DNA of 64,000 nucleotides from Robiginitomaculum sp. (GTDB lineage: Bacteria; Pseudomonadota; Alphaproteobacteria; Caulobacterales; Maricaulaceae): positions 12,218 to 76,217 of the forward strand of contig JAJFFP010000077.1 of assembly GCA_021776595.1 (NCBI GenBank), given 5' to 3'. The notes below the pieces were generated by a model. The model worked only from the letters and a program-made list of their open reading frames with translations. It had not been told where the DNA came from and searched no databases. Below, in pieces: positions 1-9,318 of this stretch. How positions within the stretch are numbered: the first letter of the stretch is position 1; each line of letters starts with the position of its first letter. The translations under genes and the position numbers were made by a program.

Positions 1-537
1 GAAAACCCGATCTACCTTTCCACCTATACCGGTCGCCCCCCGGACGAGCCCAGTGTATTGGGCGAAGCCTTAAACGAGGTGTTTATCCCGCTATTGCAGC
101 AACAATTTCCTGAAATTACCGATTTCTGGCTACCCCCCGAAGCCTGTTCCTACCGCATTGCAGTGATTTCCATGAAAAAGGCCTATGCCGGTCATGCCAA
201 GCGGGTGATGATGGGGGCTTGGTCCTATTTAAGACAATTCACCTATACCAAATGGCTGATCGTGGTCGATGATGATATCAACGCCCGTGACTGGAAAGAC
301 GTGATGTGGGCGATCTCCACGCGCATGGACCCGGCGCGCGATTGCGTCACCGTGGAAAACACCCCGATTGATTATCTGGACTTTGCATCTCCTGTCAGCG
401 GCCTTGGCTCCAAAATGGGGCTGGATGCGACCAATAAATGGCCTGGCGAAACCACACGTGAATGGGGCAGAAAAATCAAGATGGATGAAGCCGTCATCGC
501 CGCCGTCACCGAAAAATGGGGCCGATTAGGGCTTTGA
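1..537 (+). CDS. ubiD: UbiD-family (de)carboxylase, C-terminal part; the 5' end lies outside the window
   Basis: Frame 1 is open from nt 1 ([17 protein letters not shown]...) to TGA at 535-537. [30 protein letters not shown] and [13 protein letters not shown] are typical of 3-octaprenyl-4-hydroxybenzoate carboxy-lyase family C-termini. Confidence 0.85.
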   Translation, partial: ENPIYLSTYTGRPPDEPSVLGEALNEVFIPLLQQQFPEITDFWLPPEACSYRIAVISMKKAYAGHAKRVMMGAWSYLRQFTYTKWLIVVDDDINARDWKDVMWAISTRMDPARDCVTVENTPIDYLDFASPVSGLGSKMGLDATNKWPGETTREWGRKIKMDEAVIAAVTEKWGRLGL

Positions 538-545
538 GTGGTGAA

Positions 546-1160
546 ATGTCGCATTTACGCTACGCCAACGCCTCTAAAAGCGTGCAAAAAGCGACCTTTA
601 TTGACCTGATCCGGGCTAACCCCATCAATGCCGAGATATTAAAACGCATTCCTGATCTACCCCTGCCACAAGGCATGCTGGTTTCCGGGTGCCTCTATCA
701 AAGCGTCTGGAACGGTCTTTTGGGCCATGATCCCACACGCGGTATCCTTGATTATGATCTGATATATTTTGATGATTCTGACCTGTCTTATGAAGCCGAG
801 GACCGGATCATCAAGGCCTGCGACTTTGCCTTTTTCGACCTTGGGGTTGAGGTCGAGGTGCGCAATCAGGCGCGGGTGCATCTTTGGTTTGAGGATCATT
901 TTGGTGTGCCTTATACGCCGCTAACCCATGCCGCACAGTCGCTGGAACGTTATATGTCGCCGTGCAATGCAGTGGCGATTGAGCCGGATGGCAAAGAAAA
1001 TTTGAAAATTCATGCGCCGTTTGGGCTGGGTGATGTGTTTGGTTTTACCATTCGCCCGCGCGGCGATGGCTCAGACATATCCGCCCAGTCCTATGCGGAA
1101 AAAACCACGCGCATGAAGGTGATTTGGCCGGAATTGACGGTTATCCCATTGAATTTATGA
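546..1160 (+). CDS. nucleotidyltransferase family protein (NTP_transf_6 / DUF925-like)
   Basis: ORF 516-1160. The ATG at 546 (MSHLRY) is the likely start. The LVSGCLYQSVWN...DYDLIYFDDSDLSYEAEDRI...VEVRNQARVHLW pattern resembles this family. Confidence 0.6.
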   Translation: MSHLRYANASKSVQKATFIDLIRANPINAEILKRIPDLPLPQGMLVSGCLYQSVWNGLLGHDPTRGILDYDLIYFDDSDLSYEAEDRIIKACDFAFFDLGVEVEVRNQARVHLWFEDHFGVPYTPLTHAAQSLERYMSPCNAVAIEPDGKENLKIHAPFGLGDVFGFTIRPRGDGSDISAQSYAEKTTRMKVIWPELTVIPLNL

Positions 1161-1184
1161 ACTTTACTGTATTCACAATTCGTC

Positions 1185-1265
1185 ATACCGGCCCTCACTT
1201 TCATAAGGGTAAACTGGCCGGTATCCATAACAGCGTCACAACGGGACCCCGGTTTACACCGGGGT
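1185..1265. terminator. two stem-loops between convergent genes; possible factor-independent terminators without clear U-tracts
   Basis: ATACCGGCC (1185-1193) pairs perfectly with GGCCGGTAT (1216-1224). ACCCCGGT (1246-1253) pairs with ACCGGGGT (1258-1265) around a TTAC loop. Confidence 0.35.
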
Positions 1266-1333
1266 GACGCGTTTGCTGGTTTTTCGGGCAAAACTATTTT
1301 GCCAATAGCCCTAAAGTTGAATGAGTTCAGGTC

Positions 1334-1909
1334 CTAAAACGGCAAAATCTTGCGCTTGCGGCTGTATTTCAAATAGCCAACACTGGCACCAAGGCGCAAG
1401 CCACCGCCGGACCGGATCGGCACCAGAGTAATGCCGTGGCCCAATTGATAATTAATACCCATGCCAGCCACCAGATAGGCCGAACCATCGACGCCCGGAA
1501 AGCGCTGAAATATCTGCTCTACATCACGCAGGCCATAAATCAGGGTAAACACCTTGGAGCCATTACCCCCCACATCAAAGCCAATGGATGGCCCCTGCCA
1601 GTAAACGGTTTTACGAGTGCCGTCTTTCAGGACCATCGTGCCCTTGCCATAACGAAGGCCAACGCCAATGGCGGCGGCCCCCTCTCCGCCATAAATATAA
1701 CCAATGGGGCGGCCTTGTTTGGCAAAAATACTTTCAACGGCCGACCCCGCCGCCTCTGATGTTACGCCAAAAAAATCTGATACCGCGTGGGTAACTTCGG
1801 TGCTGCCATAGGTGGCTTCATCGTTCTGGTCATTTGTCTCCTGAGAAATCGCGGCGGATTGGCCGAAACCGGCAAAAAAGACAATAAAAATTAAAAAAAG
1901 GCGGGTCAT
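1334..1909 (-). CDS. DUF1134 (EipA-like) secreted protein
   Basis: 191 aa with an N-terminal signal peptide (MTRLFLIFIVFFAGFGQSAA). The Gly-rich beta-type body GYIYGGEGAAAIGVGLRYGKG...YWQGPSIGFDVGGNGSK is typical of alphaproteobacterial DUF1134. Confidence 0.75.
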   Translation of the reverse strand: MTRLFLIFIVFFAGFGQSAAISQETNDQNDEATYGSTEVTHAVSDFFGVTSEAAGSAVESIFAKQGRPIGYIYGGEGAAAIGVGLRYGKGTMVLKDGTRKTVYWQGPSIGFDVGGNGSKVFTLIYGLRDVEQIFQRFPGVDGSAYLVAGMGINYQLGHGITLVPIRSGGGLRLGASVGYLKYSRKRKILPF

Positions 1910-2003
1910 CTTGATCTCCTGTAAGCCGGGCCATCATGACCTGCCTTGACGCATATGGAAAGGGCGCTTGGCGCTGGCGGTTGTTGCTGCTAAGTCCCCG
2001 CTT

Positions 2004-3812
2004 ATGAGCATCAACCCTGAAAATATCCGTAATTTTGCCATTGTCGCCCACATCGATCATGGCAAGTCCACCCTGGCGGATCGCCTGATACAAGAGACTG
2101 GCGGCCTCACGGCGCGTGAAATGAAGGCCCAGGTGCTGGACAGCATGGATATTGAGCGCGAACGCGGCATCACCATCAAGGCGCAAACCGTGCGGCTCGA
2201 ATATAAAGCCAAAGATGGCAAGGACTATGTGCTGAACCTGATGGATACGCCGGGGCATGTGGATTTTGCCTATGAGGTATCGCGTTCGCTATCGGCCTGT
2301 GAAGGCTCGCTTCTCGTGGTTGACGCTTCGCAAGGCGTTGAGGCGCAGACCCTGGCTAATGTCTATAAGGCGCTGGATAACGATCATGAGATTATTTCCA
2401 TCCTGAACAAGATAGACCTTCCTGCCGCCGAGCCGGAACGCATCCGGGCGCAGATCGAAGACGTCATCGGCCTTGATGCCTCTGATGCCATCGAGGTTTC
2501 CGCCAAAACCGGACAGGGCATTGCAGAGGTGCTGGAGGCCATTGTTATGCGCCTTCCCGCGCCAAAACCGGGTAACCCCGATGCGCCTTTGAAGGCGCTT
2601 CTGGTCGATGCCTGGTATGACCCCTATCTGGGGGTGGTGGTATTGTTTCGTATGCTGGAAGGCACCGCCAAAAAAGGCATGCGCATCAAAATGATGTCCA
2701 ATGGCTCATCCTATACGCTGGACCGGGTGGGCGTGTTTCGCCCCAAGGCCGAAGAAATGGATGCGCTGGGGCCGGGGGAAATCGGCTTTTTCACCGCCTC
2801 GATCAAGGAAGTGGCCGACGCCGCCGTGGGCGATACAATCACTGAGGAAAAACGCCCCACCGATAAGGCATTGCCCGGTTTTCGTCCGGTGCAGCCGGTG
2901 GTGTTTTGCGGCATATTCCCGGTTGATGCCGCCGATTTTGAAGATCTGCGCGCCGCCACCGGCAAATTGCGCCTTAATGATGCCAGTTTTTCCTTTGAAA
3001 TGGAAACCAGCGCCGCCCTGGGCTTTGGTTTTCGCTGCGGCTTTTTGGGTCTCCTTCATCTGGAGATTATTCAGGAACGCCTTGAGCGCGAGTTTGATCT
3101 TGACCTGATCGCCACTGCCCCCAGCGTGGTTTATCAGATTTCCATGAATGATGGCAGCGAAATGGAACTGCACAATCCGGCTGACATGCCGGACCCTGTG
3201 CGCATTGAGCGTATTGCCGAGCCATGGATCAAGGCCACCATATTAACCCCCGACGAATACGTCGGTGCAGTGCTGAAGCTCTGTCAGGACCGGCGCGGCA
3301 TCCAGACGGCGCTGACCTATGTGGGCAGCCGGGCCATGATTGAATATGAATTGCCGCTCAACGAAGTGGTGTTTGATTTTTATGACCGCCTGAAATCCCT
3401 GACCAAGGGCTATGCCAGCTTTGATTATGCGATGATCGGGTATCGGGAAGGCGATCTGGTTAAAATGTCCATTCTGGTCAATGGCGAGCCGGTTGATGCG
3501 CTTTCCATGCTGGTGCACCGCTCCCGCGCCGAGGCGCGCGGGCGGCTGATGTGCGAGAAGCTAAAAGACCTGATTCCGCGTCATTTATTCAAAATCCCCA
3601 TTCAGGCGGCCATTGGCGGACGAGTAATTGCCAGAGAGACCATTGCCGCCATGCGTAAAGACGTAACCGCCAAATGTTATGGTGGTGATGCCTCCCGTAA
3701 ACGCAAACTGCTGGACAAGCAAAAAGCCGGCAAGAAAAAAATGCGCCAGTTCGGCAAGGTGGAAATCCCCCAAACCGCTTTCATCGCCGCCCTTAAAATG
3801 GATGATGGTTGA
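2004..3812 (+). CDS. lepA: translation elongation factor 4 (LepA)
   Basis: Start chosen at ATG 2004 ([28 protein letters not shown]). GTPase motifs [17 protein letters not shown] and NKID are present. Full-length LepA-like C-terminus. Confidence 0.95.
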   Translation: MSINPENIRNFAIVAHIDHGKSTLADRLIQETGGLTAREMKAQVLDSMDIERERGITIKAQTVRLEYKAKDGKDYVLNLMDTPGHVDFAYEVSRSLSACEGSLLVVDASQGVEAQTLANVYKALDNDHEIISILNKIDLPAAEPERIRAQIEDVIGLDASDAIEVSAKTGQGIAEVLEAIVMRLPAPKPGNPDAPLKALLVDAWYDPYLGVVVLFRMLEGTAKKGMRIKMMSNGSSYTLDRVGVFRPKAEEMDALGPGEIGFFTASIKEVADAAVGDTITEEKRPTDKALPGFRPVQPVVFCGIFPVDAADFEDLRAATGKLRLNDASFSFEMETSAALGFGFRCGFLGLLHLEIIQERLEREFDLDLIATAPSVVYQISMNDGSEMELHNPADMPDPVRIERIAEPWIKATILTPDEYVGAVLKLCQDRRGIQTALTYVGSRAMIEYELPLNEVVFDFYDRLKSLTKGYASFDYAMIGYREGDLVKMSILVNGEPVDALSMLVHRSRAEARGRLMCEKLKDLIPRHLFKIPIQAAIGGRVIARETIAAMRKDVTAKCYGGDASRKRKLLDKQKAGKKKMRQFGKVEIPQTAFIAALKMDDG

Positions 3813-3842
3813 GCTTTCTGTTCAATATCCCTGGTTAAGGCT

Positions 3843-3860
3843 AACGCCTTTTCGGGCGTT
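3843..3860 (+). terminator. stem-loop just downstream of lepA
   Basis: AACGCC-TTTTCG-GGCGTT followed by CTTT. Short stem and weak T-run. Confidence 0.5.
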
Positions 3861-3869
3861 CTTTAGCCC

Positions 3870-3937
3870 ACCCTCATCCTGAGCCTGTCGAAGGATGTAA
3901 GTCAGCCTCTATGGTTCGACAAGCTCACCATGAGGGT
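3870..3937. repeat. 68-bp palindromic intergenic repeat element (REP/MITE-like)
   Basis: Left arm ACCCTCATCCTGAGCCTGTCGAA (3870-3892). Right arm TTCGACAAGCTCACCATGAGGGT (3915-3937), near-perfect reverse complement. A 26-nt core (3872-3897) recurs inverted at 34854-34879 with 1 mismatch. Confidence 0.7.
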
Positions 3938-3997
3938 CGTCTCCTTACACCCGCTACCATTTCAAACGACCTTTCAAGGCCCGGCTTTGCCGCGCAT

Positions 3998-4064
3998 CTC
4001 AAGATGAGGTAGTCGGTTAATAAAACCCTCATACTGAGGTGGCGCGAAGCGTCCTCGAAGTATG
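3998..4064. repeat. second intergenic repeat element
   Basis: Inverted repeat CTCAAGATGAGG (3998-4009) / CCTCATACTGAG (4027-4038). The segment 4024-4064 (AACCCTCATACTGAGGTGGCGCGAAGCGTCCTCGAAGTATG) resembles 34899-34942 in direct orientation. Confidence 0.55.
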
Positions 4065-4089
4065 AAAAACAGAAATCCAGGCAGAAGGC

Positions 4090-5649
4090 TTACCCCCGGA
4101 TCGCCATCTCCAGCCCATTAGAGTCATGTGCCGGTTCTTTGGGTAGCACCGTGGCGGCACCGAATAAAATACGCTGGGCCGTCCAGGCACAGGCACAGGC
4201 GTCCAGAAAATCATTGCGCACGGCGCTTAGTGGTGTGAAAGTTTCTGTGGCTAAAAACTCTTTTTCAAAACCGATTTTTTGCAAGGCCGTCACCCGTTCC
4301 CGTTCGCCCTCAATGGTTTTTTTGGGGTTGTCACAGGGTTGATCTTCGCGGATCAGGGTGAAGCTATACTCAGGATGCGCCTCAAATATGCGCGATTGCA
4401 TACCCGGCGTGATGCGGGCGTCAATTTCGCGCATTTTGTCAAACAGCGCAAAAGTCTGTTGCGATAATTTGGGGGCATGCTCGGCGGATTTTGCATTGGC
4501 GGTACAGGCGGCTTCATAGCTGGTGGTATAGAGCGCCCGGCGACTGGGCGAAGAGAAAACTGAAGATTTACGTGCACCCAGGCGTTCCCTGACGGCGCGT
4601 TCGCACCCCCGTCCACCCTTTATCGCTCTTTCCAAAAACCCGATGGGCATGTCAACGGCGACAATTTCCGGACGTTCCGGGGTGAGCAATACATCCCAAA
4701 ATCCGCGTAAAGGACGCATAACCGGCGCGTGCTGACCCGTTACATCCAGCATTACCGCAATCCAGCCACCGGGGCAGCCATCCATGCCGGCCACCCAGCG
4801 TGCATGACGGCGCGCCTGTAAGGGCGGGCGGGCTGAAACCCCGGTGCGCGGGCTGACCAGCCGGTCCTGGGTGGCTACTAATGGCAACTCTGTGGCACCC
4901 AGACGCTGAGCCTCGCCAAGCACCATATCAATGGAGGAAATCGCATTTTCCAGCGCATTGCGCACTGGTTTGCCATTTAGAATATGCGCCGTCAAAAGCG
5001 CGGTCAGTAAATCACCCGTGCCTTTGGGTATGTTTTTATAACACGGCGTGGTCACGCACCAAGCCTCTTCTTTGCTTACAGCAAGAGTGGCGCAAAGGGC
5101 CGCGCTTGGAACCGAGCTGGCAATGACCAGGGGGCATTTTATGGACCGCGAAGCCTCAACCGCAGAACCTTCATCAAACACCGGGCGGTCAGACAAATGT
5201 GCCAACTCCCAGGTGTTGGGGGTGATGATATCGGCGCGCGGCAACAGATCACGGCTAATGGCCTGGGCCACGGCATCGGGCACATAAAGCCCGTCCGGTT
5301 CATCACCCATGACCGGATCGATAATAATCTTTACATCAGGCTTGGCGGCGCGCACATAATCAATCATGGCGGCCGCAGCGGTGATCTGCCGCGAAGTGCA
5401 AAAATAACCGGTAATCACGGCATCAATTTTATCCAGAACGCCTTGCGCCTGCACCGCCAGAAACATACGGGACAACCCGTCGGCATCTATTTCGACCATG
5501 CCCGGATCACCCCAGCCGGGATGGCGACCCAGCAAAACTGTGGGTAGGGTGATTACCTCAATGCCCATGCGCTGCAGGGCAAAGGTGGCCGCCGAGGCTC
5601 CGATGTGACTGGAGGCGGCTTGCGATGAAATGAGAAGCACGGTTTTCAT
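4090..5649 (-). CDS. fusion protein: N-terminal pyridoxal/pyridoxamine kinase (PdxK/PdxY-like), C-terminal DUF429 domain
   Basis: Single 519-codon ORF. N-terminal half: ISSQAASSHIGASAATFALQRMG, IIDPVMGD, KGTGDLLTALL (ribokinase-fold B6 kinase). C-terminal half: AGMDGCPGGWIAV, AVDMPIG, EAHPEYSF, DFLDACACAW (DUF429-like). Confidence 0.8.
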   Translation of the reverse strand: MKTVLLISSQAASSHIGASAATFALQRMGIEVITLPTVLLGRHPGWGDPGMVEIDADGLSRMFLAVQAQGVLDKIDAVITGYFCTSRQITAAAAMIDYVRAAKPDVKIIIDPVMGDEPDGLYVPDAVAQAISRDLLPRADIITPNTWELAHLSDRPVFDEGSAVEASRSIKCPLVIASSVPSAALCATLAVSKEEAWCVTTPCYKNIPKGTGDLLTALLTAHILNGKPVRNALENAISSIDMVLGEAQRLGATELPLVATQDRLVSPRTGVSARPPLQARRHARWVAGMDGCPGGWIAVMLDVTGQHAPVMRPLRGFWDVLLTPERPEIVAVDMPIGFLERAIKGGRGCERAVRERLGARKSSVFSSPSRRALYTTSYEAACTANAKSAEHAPKLSQQTFALFDKMREIDARITPGMQSRIFEAHPEYSFTLIREDQPCDNPKKTIEGERERVTALQKIGFEKEFLATETFTPLSAVRNDFLDACACAWTAQRILFGAATVLPKEPAHDSNGLEMAIRG

Positions 5650-5712
5650 GGCGTCATTATTACGCCAAGGTGTTAAAAAATACCGATGAAAAATTCAAGG
5701 GGAGGCCTGGTT

Positions 5713-6639
5713 ATGAATATCCGTTCTGCGCTGTTTGTTCCTGCCGCCAATGCCAAAGCCCTGGCCAAAGCGCCAACGCTTGAGGCTGATGCCATTATCA
5801 TTGATCTTGAAGATGCTGTGGCCCCGGCAGAAAAAGAAGTCGCACGGGCGGCGGCATTGCGTGTTTTACAGATAAAAAGCTGGAAAGCGAGCTTTCGTGC
5901 GGTGCGCATCAACGCGCTGGACACCCCCTGGGGCAATGCTGATTTACGGGCGCTGGCTACCGCACCGCTTCATGCACTGGTTGTTGCCAAAATGCAAAGT
6001 GCGGATGCCCTGCGCCGGGTGCGCACGACCTTGGTAAACGCCCGCCCGAACAGCGGGTTTTTAACAGGGCGGGCATTACCTTCCTTGTGGGCGATGGTCG
6101 AGACGCCCCATGGAATTTTACGCCTTGAGGAAATCGCAGCTTCTGCGCAAGAAACCGGCCTGACCACCCTGATAGTAGGCACCAATGATTTGTCGAAGGA
6201 ATTACGCTGTGACGGGTTAGGTGATAAACGCGCGGCCTTGCTTTCACACTTGTCCAAAGTGGTTCTGGTAGCGCGAGGGTATGATTTGATGGTGCTGGAC
6301 GGGGTTTATAATGCGTTTGATGATGAAAACGGCTTCAGGCTGGAGGCGGAACAGGGCAAGCGTTTGGGGTTTGATGGCAAGAGCCTGATACACCCTGCGC
6401 AAATTGCGCCTGCAAACACCATTTTTGGCCCGGATGCAGACGCGATTGCGCACGCCAGGGCTATTGTACGCGCGTTTTCTCTTAAAAAGAATAAGGGCAA
6501 AGGGGTAATCAACCTGAGCGGGGAAATGGTCGAGCGTCTGCACCTGCATGATGCAAAGGCTTTGCTTGACTCTTTGCCTGCCTTGCCTGCAAAAACACCT
6601 TCAACAAAAAAGACCGCTGCAGGAAAGAAAAAACCATGA
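5713..6639 (+). CDS. HpcH/HpaI aldolase / citrate lyase beta (CitE)-like protein, e.g. a malyl-/citramalyl-CoA lyase family member
   Basis: ATG 5713 is preceded by GGAGG (5701-5705). MNIRSALFVPAANAKALAKA...ADAIIIDLEDAV...ETP..., GKSLIHPAQI. Lys-rich C-terminal tail KTPSTKKTAAGKKKP. Confidence 0.8.
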   Translation: MNIRSALFVPAANAKALAKAPTLEADAIIIDLEDAVAPAEKEVARAAALRVLQIKSWKASFRAVRINALDTPWGNADLRALATAPLHALVVAKMQSADALRRVRTTLVNARPNSGFLTGRALPSLWAMVETPHGILRLEEIAASAQETGLTTLIVGTNDLSKELRCDGLGDKRAALLSHLSKVVLVARGYDLMVLDGVYNAFDDENGFRLEAEQGKRLGFDGKSLIHPAQIAPANTIFGPDADAIAHARAIVRAFSLKKNKGKGVINLSGEMVERLHLHDAKALLDSLPALPAKTPSTKKTAAGKKKP

Positions 6640-7232
6640 AAGCCCTGATGATCTGTATTGCTCTGGGATGGCTGGTATTGATGGCAAACCCCGCACAAAC
6701 ACAGGAAGACGCGTGCGTGGTGAGTGGCAGCGATATGAGCGCGTATTCCGCGCTTGATTATGATGCTTTTAATTACGGGCCGGATGGCTGGCGCAAGTTG
6801 GCATCTGAAAAGTGTTATTATGATGCCGGCGCCAGTATTATTTCCTGGATTTTGGACCACGAAAGTGAATTAAGCCCCGCACAATTGCGCACCCAGCATT
6901 ATCATGCGGCGCGAAATTTTGCCCTGTCAGACCGCAAGACTATTGCCTTGCTGCAATTACGCCTGGCACAGGATAATGCAGACGTAAAGTCGGGCGAAAT
7001 GAACTGGAATGCGTATCTGGCTGCGTTTAATGCCTGGCTGTCCTCGGATCGTGTGGCACTGGAACAAGCCATTGTGGAGCTTGGCAAGCAGGCCGATGGC
7101 AGCGATGGGCGCAAGCCCAATCTGGATGCGGCCATGCGCTTTTCAAAGTGTTTTGACAAACCTTATATCATGATAGAGCAGGACCCGTCCTGCCTGCCAC
7201 CAAGCACCACCCAACCGGCAGGCGGACAATGA
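6636..7232 (+). CDS. hypothetical secreted protein (signal peptide, 4 Cys in the mature part)
   Basis: 198-aa ORF. Its ATG overlaps the upstream stop (ATGA 6636-6639). Signal-like MKALMICIALGWLVLMANPAQT. No family recognised. Confidence 0.6.
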   Translation: MKALMICIALGWLVLMANPAQTQEDACVVSGSDMSAYSALDYDAFNYGPDGWRKLASEKCYYDAGASIISWILDHESELSPAQLRTQHYHAARNFALSDRKTIALLQLRLAQDNADVKSGEMNWNAYLAAFNAWLSSDRVALEQAIVELGKQADGSDGRKPNLDAAMRFSKCFDKPYIMIEQDPSCLPPSTTQPAGGQ

Positions 7233-7597
7233 AAACACTTTCAATTCTTGCCGTCTTGCTTGTCGCGGCCCTGCACCTCTGGTTTTTAGTGGTCGAGATG
7301 TTTTTGTGGGAACAGCCTATCGGCCTGGCCATGTTCAATCATACCCCTGAACACGCGGCGCAAACCGCAATGCTGGCCGCCAATCAAGGGCTTTATAACG
7401 GGTTTCTGGTTGCGGGCTTGTTGTGGGGCGTAGTGCGTAACAAGAGTGATTTTGTCATATTTTTCCTGTTGTGCGTTATGGTTGCAGGCGTTTATGGCGC
7501 GTTTATAGTTGATATGAAAATCCTGTATATTCAGGCCGCCCCGGCTGGTCTGGCGTTGGTCCTGACCGTGTTGGGTTTGCGAAGAAAACCGGCTTGA
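7229..7597 (+). CDS. DUF1304 family membrane protein
   Basis: 122 aa with 4 hydrophobic segments. The AALHLWFLVVEMFLW...NQGLYNGFLVAGLLWG signature is present. ATGA overlap with the upstream gene. Confidence 0.7.
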   Translation: MKTLSILAVLLVAALHLWFLVVEMFLWEQPIGLAMFNHTPEHAAQTAMLAANQGLYNGFLVAGLLWGVVRNKSDFVIFFLLCVMVAGVYGAFIVDMKILYIQAAPAGLALVLTVLGLRRKPA

Positions 7598-7628
7598 ATA
7601 TAGCCAATGAAGAGATGAGAAAACAATC

Positions 7629-7979
7629 ATGTCCATGAAGCTCTATCACAACCCGCGATGCTCAAAATCAAGGGCCACCAAGGCATTGCTGGATGAGCGC
7701 GGGCTGGATTATGAAACTGTGCTGTATCTGGAAACCCCGCCAGATACCGATGAATTGAGCGCGCTGGTTAATAAACTGGGGCTTGCCTCTGCCCGCGACA
7801 TGATGCGCAAGGGCGAGGATGCTTATAAAGACCTGGGGCTTTCTTCAATCAGTGATGAAGACGCCCTGATTGTTGCTATGAGTGAGCACCCACGCCTGAT
7901 CGAGCGCCCGATTGTTGTTAAAGACGACAAGGCAGCGATCGGTCGCCCGATAGAGGCCGTGATCGAAATTCTTGACTAG
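7629..7979 (+). CDS. arsC: ArsC-family (glutaredoxin-type arsenate reductase / Spx-fold) protein
   Basis: LYHNPRCSKSRATKALL..., YLETPPDTDEL, HPRLIERPIVV and IGRP align with E. coli ArsC-type motifs (Cys-12 equivalent and Arg residues). Confidence 0.7.
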   Translation: MSMKLYHNPRCSKSRATKALLDERGLDYETVLYLETPPDTDELSALVNKLGLASARDMMRKGEDAYKDLGLSSISDEDALIVAMSEHPRLIERPIVVKDDKAAIGRPIEAVIEILD

Positions 7980-9318
7980 CGCCCAAACTCCGCTCACCCG
8001 CCAGCGGGTTATCGCACTCACTTGGCCGATGATTTTTGCCAATGCGCTGATCCCGCTCGTTGGCGTTATTGATACCGCAGTGATCAGCCTGGCGGGCAAT
8101 GCGGCGGACATTGGCGGGGTTGCGATCGGCGCCATGGTGTTTGCAGTATTTTACTGGAGCACTTATTTTTTACGCATGGGCGTAACCGGCCTTACCGCCC
8201 AGGCAATCGGGGCCGGCAACCACGCCGAAAGCCAGCGTGTGTTATGGCGCGCTTTATTGATTGCGGCCGTGCTTGGTTTTACTTTTTTGATCTTAAAAGG
8301 GCCGATCGGGCATCTGGCATTTAATCTGTTGCAGGGCAGTGAAGCGGTGGAAACCAAAGGCGCGGCCTATGTCAGCGCCAGGTTTTGGGGTGCGCCGGCG
8401 GCGCTTTGTCTGTTTGCCATTACCGGCTGGCTGATCGGCGCCGGGCATACGCGCACGGCAATGCTGGTGCAGCTCTTTCTGGCGCTATTTAATGGCGCGC
8501 TGGATATCTGGTTTGTTCTTGGTCTTGGCTGGGGTCCAAAGGGCATTGCCGCTGGCACGGCTATGGCCGAATGGCTGACCGTCTTCCTGGGTTTGGCGCT
8601 GGTGTTTCGTGCCTTTAAGGCGCGCAGCCGGTTTTCTCTTCGCGATATTCCCCTTGCGGGCCTTATTGAACCGGCCGCATTAAAACGGTTGCTGGGGGTT
8701 AATGTTAATCTGTTTTTACGCTCCGTGTTTATGACCATCGGGTTTGGCTGGTTTGTCAATGCCGGGGCCAGGCAGGGTGATGTAATGCTGGCCGCCAATC
8801 AGGTGTTGATGCAATTTATCGTGGTGTGGGCATTTGTGCTGGACGCCTTTGCCTATACCGCTGAAGCGGAAACCGGACGGGCCTTTGGTCGCGGATCAAC
8901 AAATGATTTACGCCGGGCCGTCCGCCTGACCAGTGAATTTGCGGCCCTTTGTGCCATTTTCTTTTCCATACTGACCTATATTGGCGGCGGTTTTTTGCTG
9001 GGCGTTTTGCTGAAAGACGAAATGGTGCGCCAGGTCGCGCTGCATTATTTGCCCTGGTGCGCCGCCGTTCCGGTGCTGGGAGTGGCGGCCTGGCAATTGG
9101 ACGGTATTTTTATTGGTGCCACACGAGGGGCAGCGATGCGTAATTCGGCGCTGCTTTCCCTGCTGGCGTATCTGTTGCTGGATGCGGTCTTCGCGCCCGC
9201 TTACGGCAATACCGGGGTCTGGATGGCGTTTGTGAGTTATTATATTTTTCGCGGCCTAACCCTGGGGGCAGCTTATCCTGCTTTAGAGCGCAGCCTGCAA
9301 CGCAAAACGGTCCGTTAA
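7972..9318 (+). CDS. MATE family efflux transporter (DinF/NorM-like)
   Basis: 448 aa and about 12 hydrophobic segments. N-terminal LTWPMIFANALIPLVGVIDTAVI is typical of MATE. The predicted start is TTG 7972, overlapping the arsC end; the start is uncertain. Confidence 0.85.
   Translation: MTSAQTPLTRQRVIALTWPMIFANALIPLVGVIDTAVISLAGNAADIGGVAIGAMVFAVFYWSTYFLRMGVTGLTAQAIGAGNHAESQRVLWRALLIAAVLGFTFLILKGPIGHLAFNLLQGSEAVETKGAAYVSARFWGAPAALCLFAITGWLIGAGHTRTAMLVQLFLALFNGALDIWFVLGLGWGPKGIAAGTAMAEWLTVFLGLALVFRAFKARSRFSLRDIPLAGLIEPAALKRLLGVNVNLFLRSVFMTIGFGWFVNAGARQGDVMLAANQVLMQFIVVWAFVLDAFAYTAEAETGRAFGRGSTNDLRRAVRLTSEFAALCAIFFSILTYIGGGFLLGVLLKDEMVRQVALHYLPWCAAVPVLGVAAWQLDGIFIGATRGAAMRNSALLSLLAYLLLDAVFAPAYGNTGVWMAFVSYYIFRGLTLGAAYPALERSLQRKTVR

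Noticed and set aside
3913-3919. GGTTCGA, a tRNA T-loop-like motif
   Set aside because: It is part of the right arm of the palindromic repeat. No acceptor, D or anticodon stems can be built around it. I saw no tRNA anywhere in the window.
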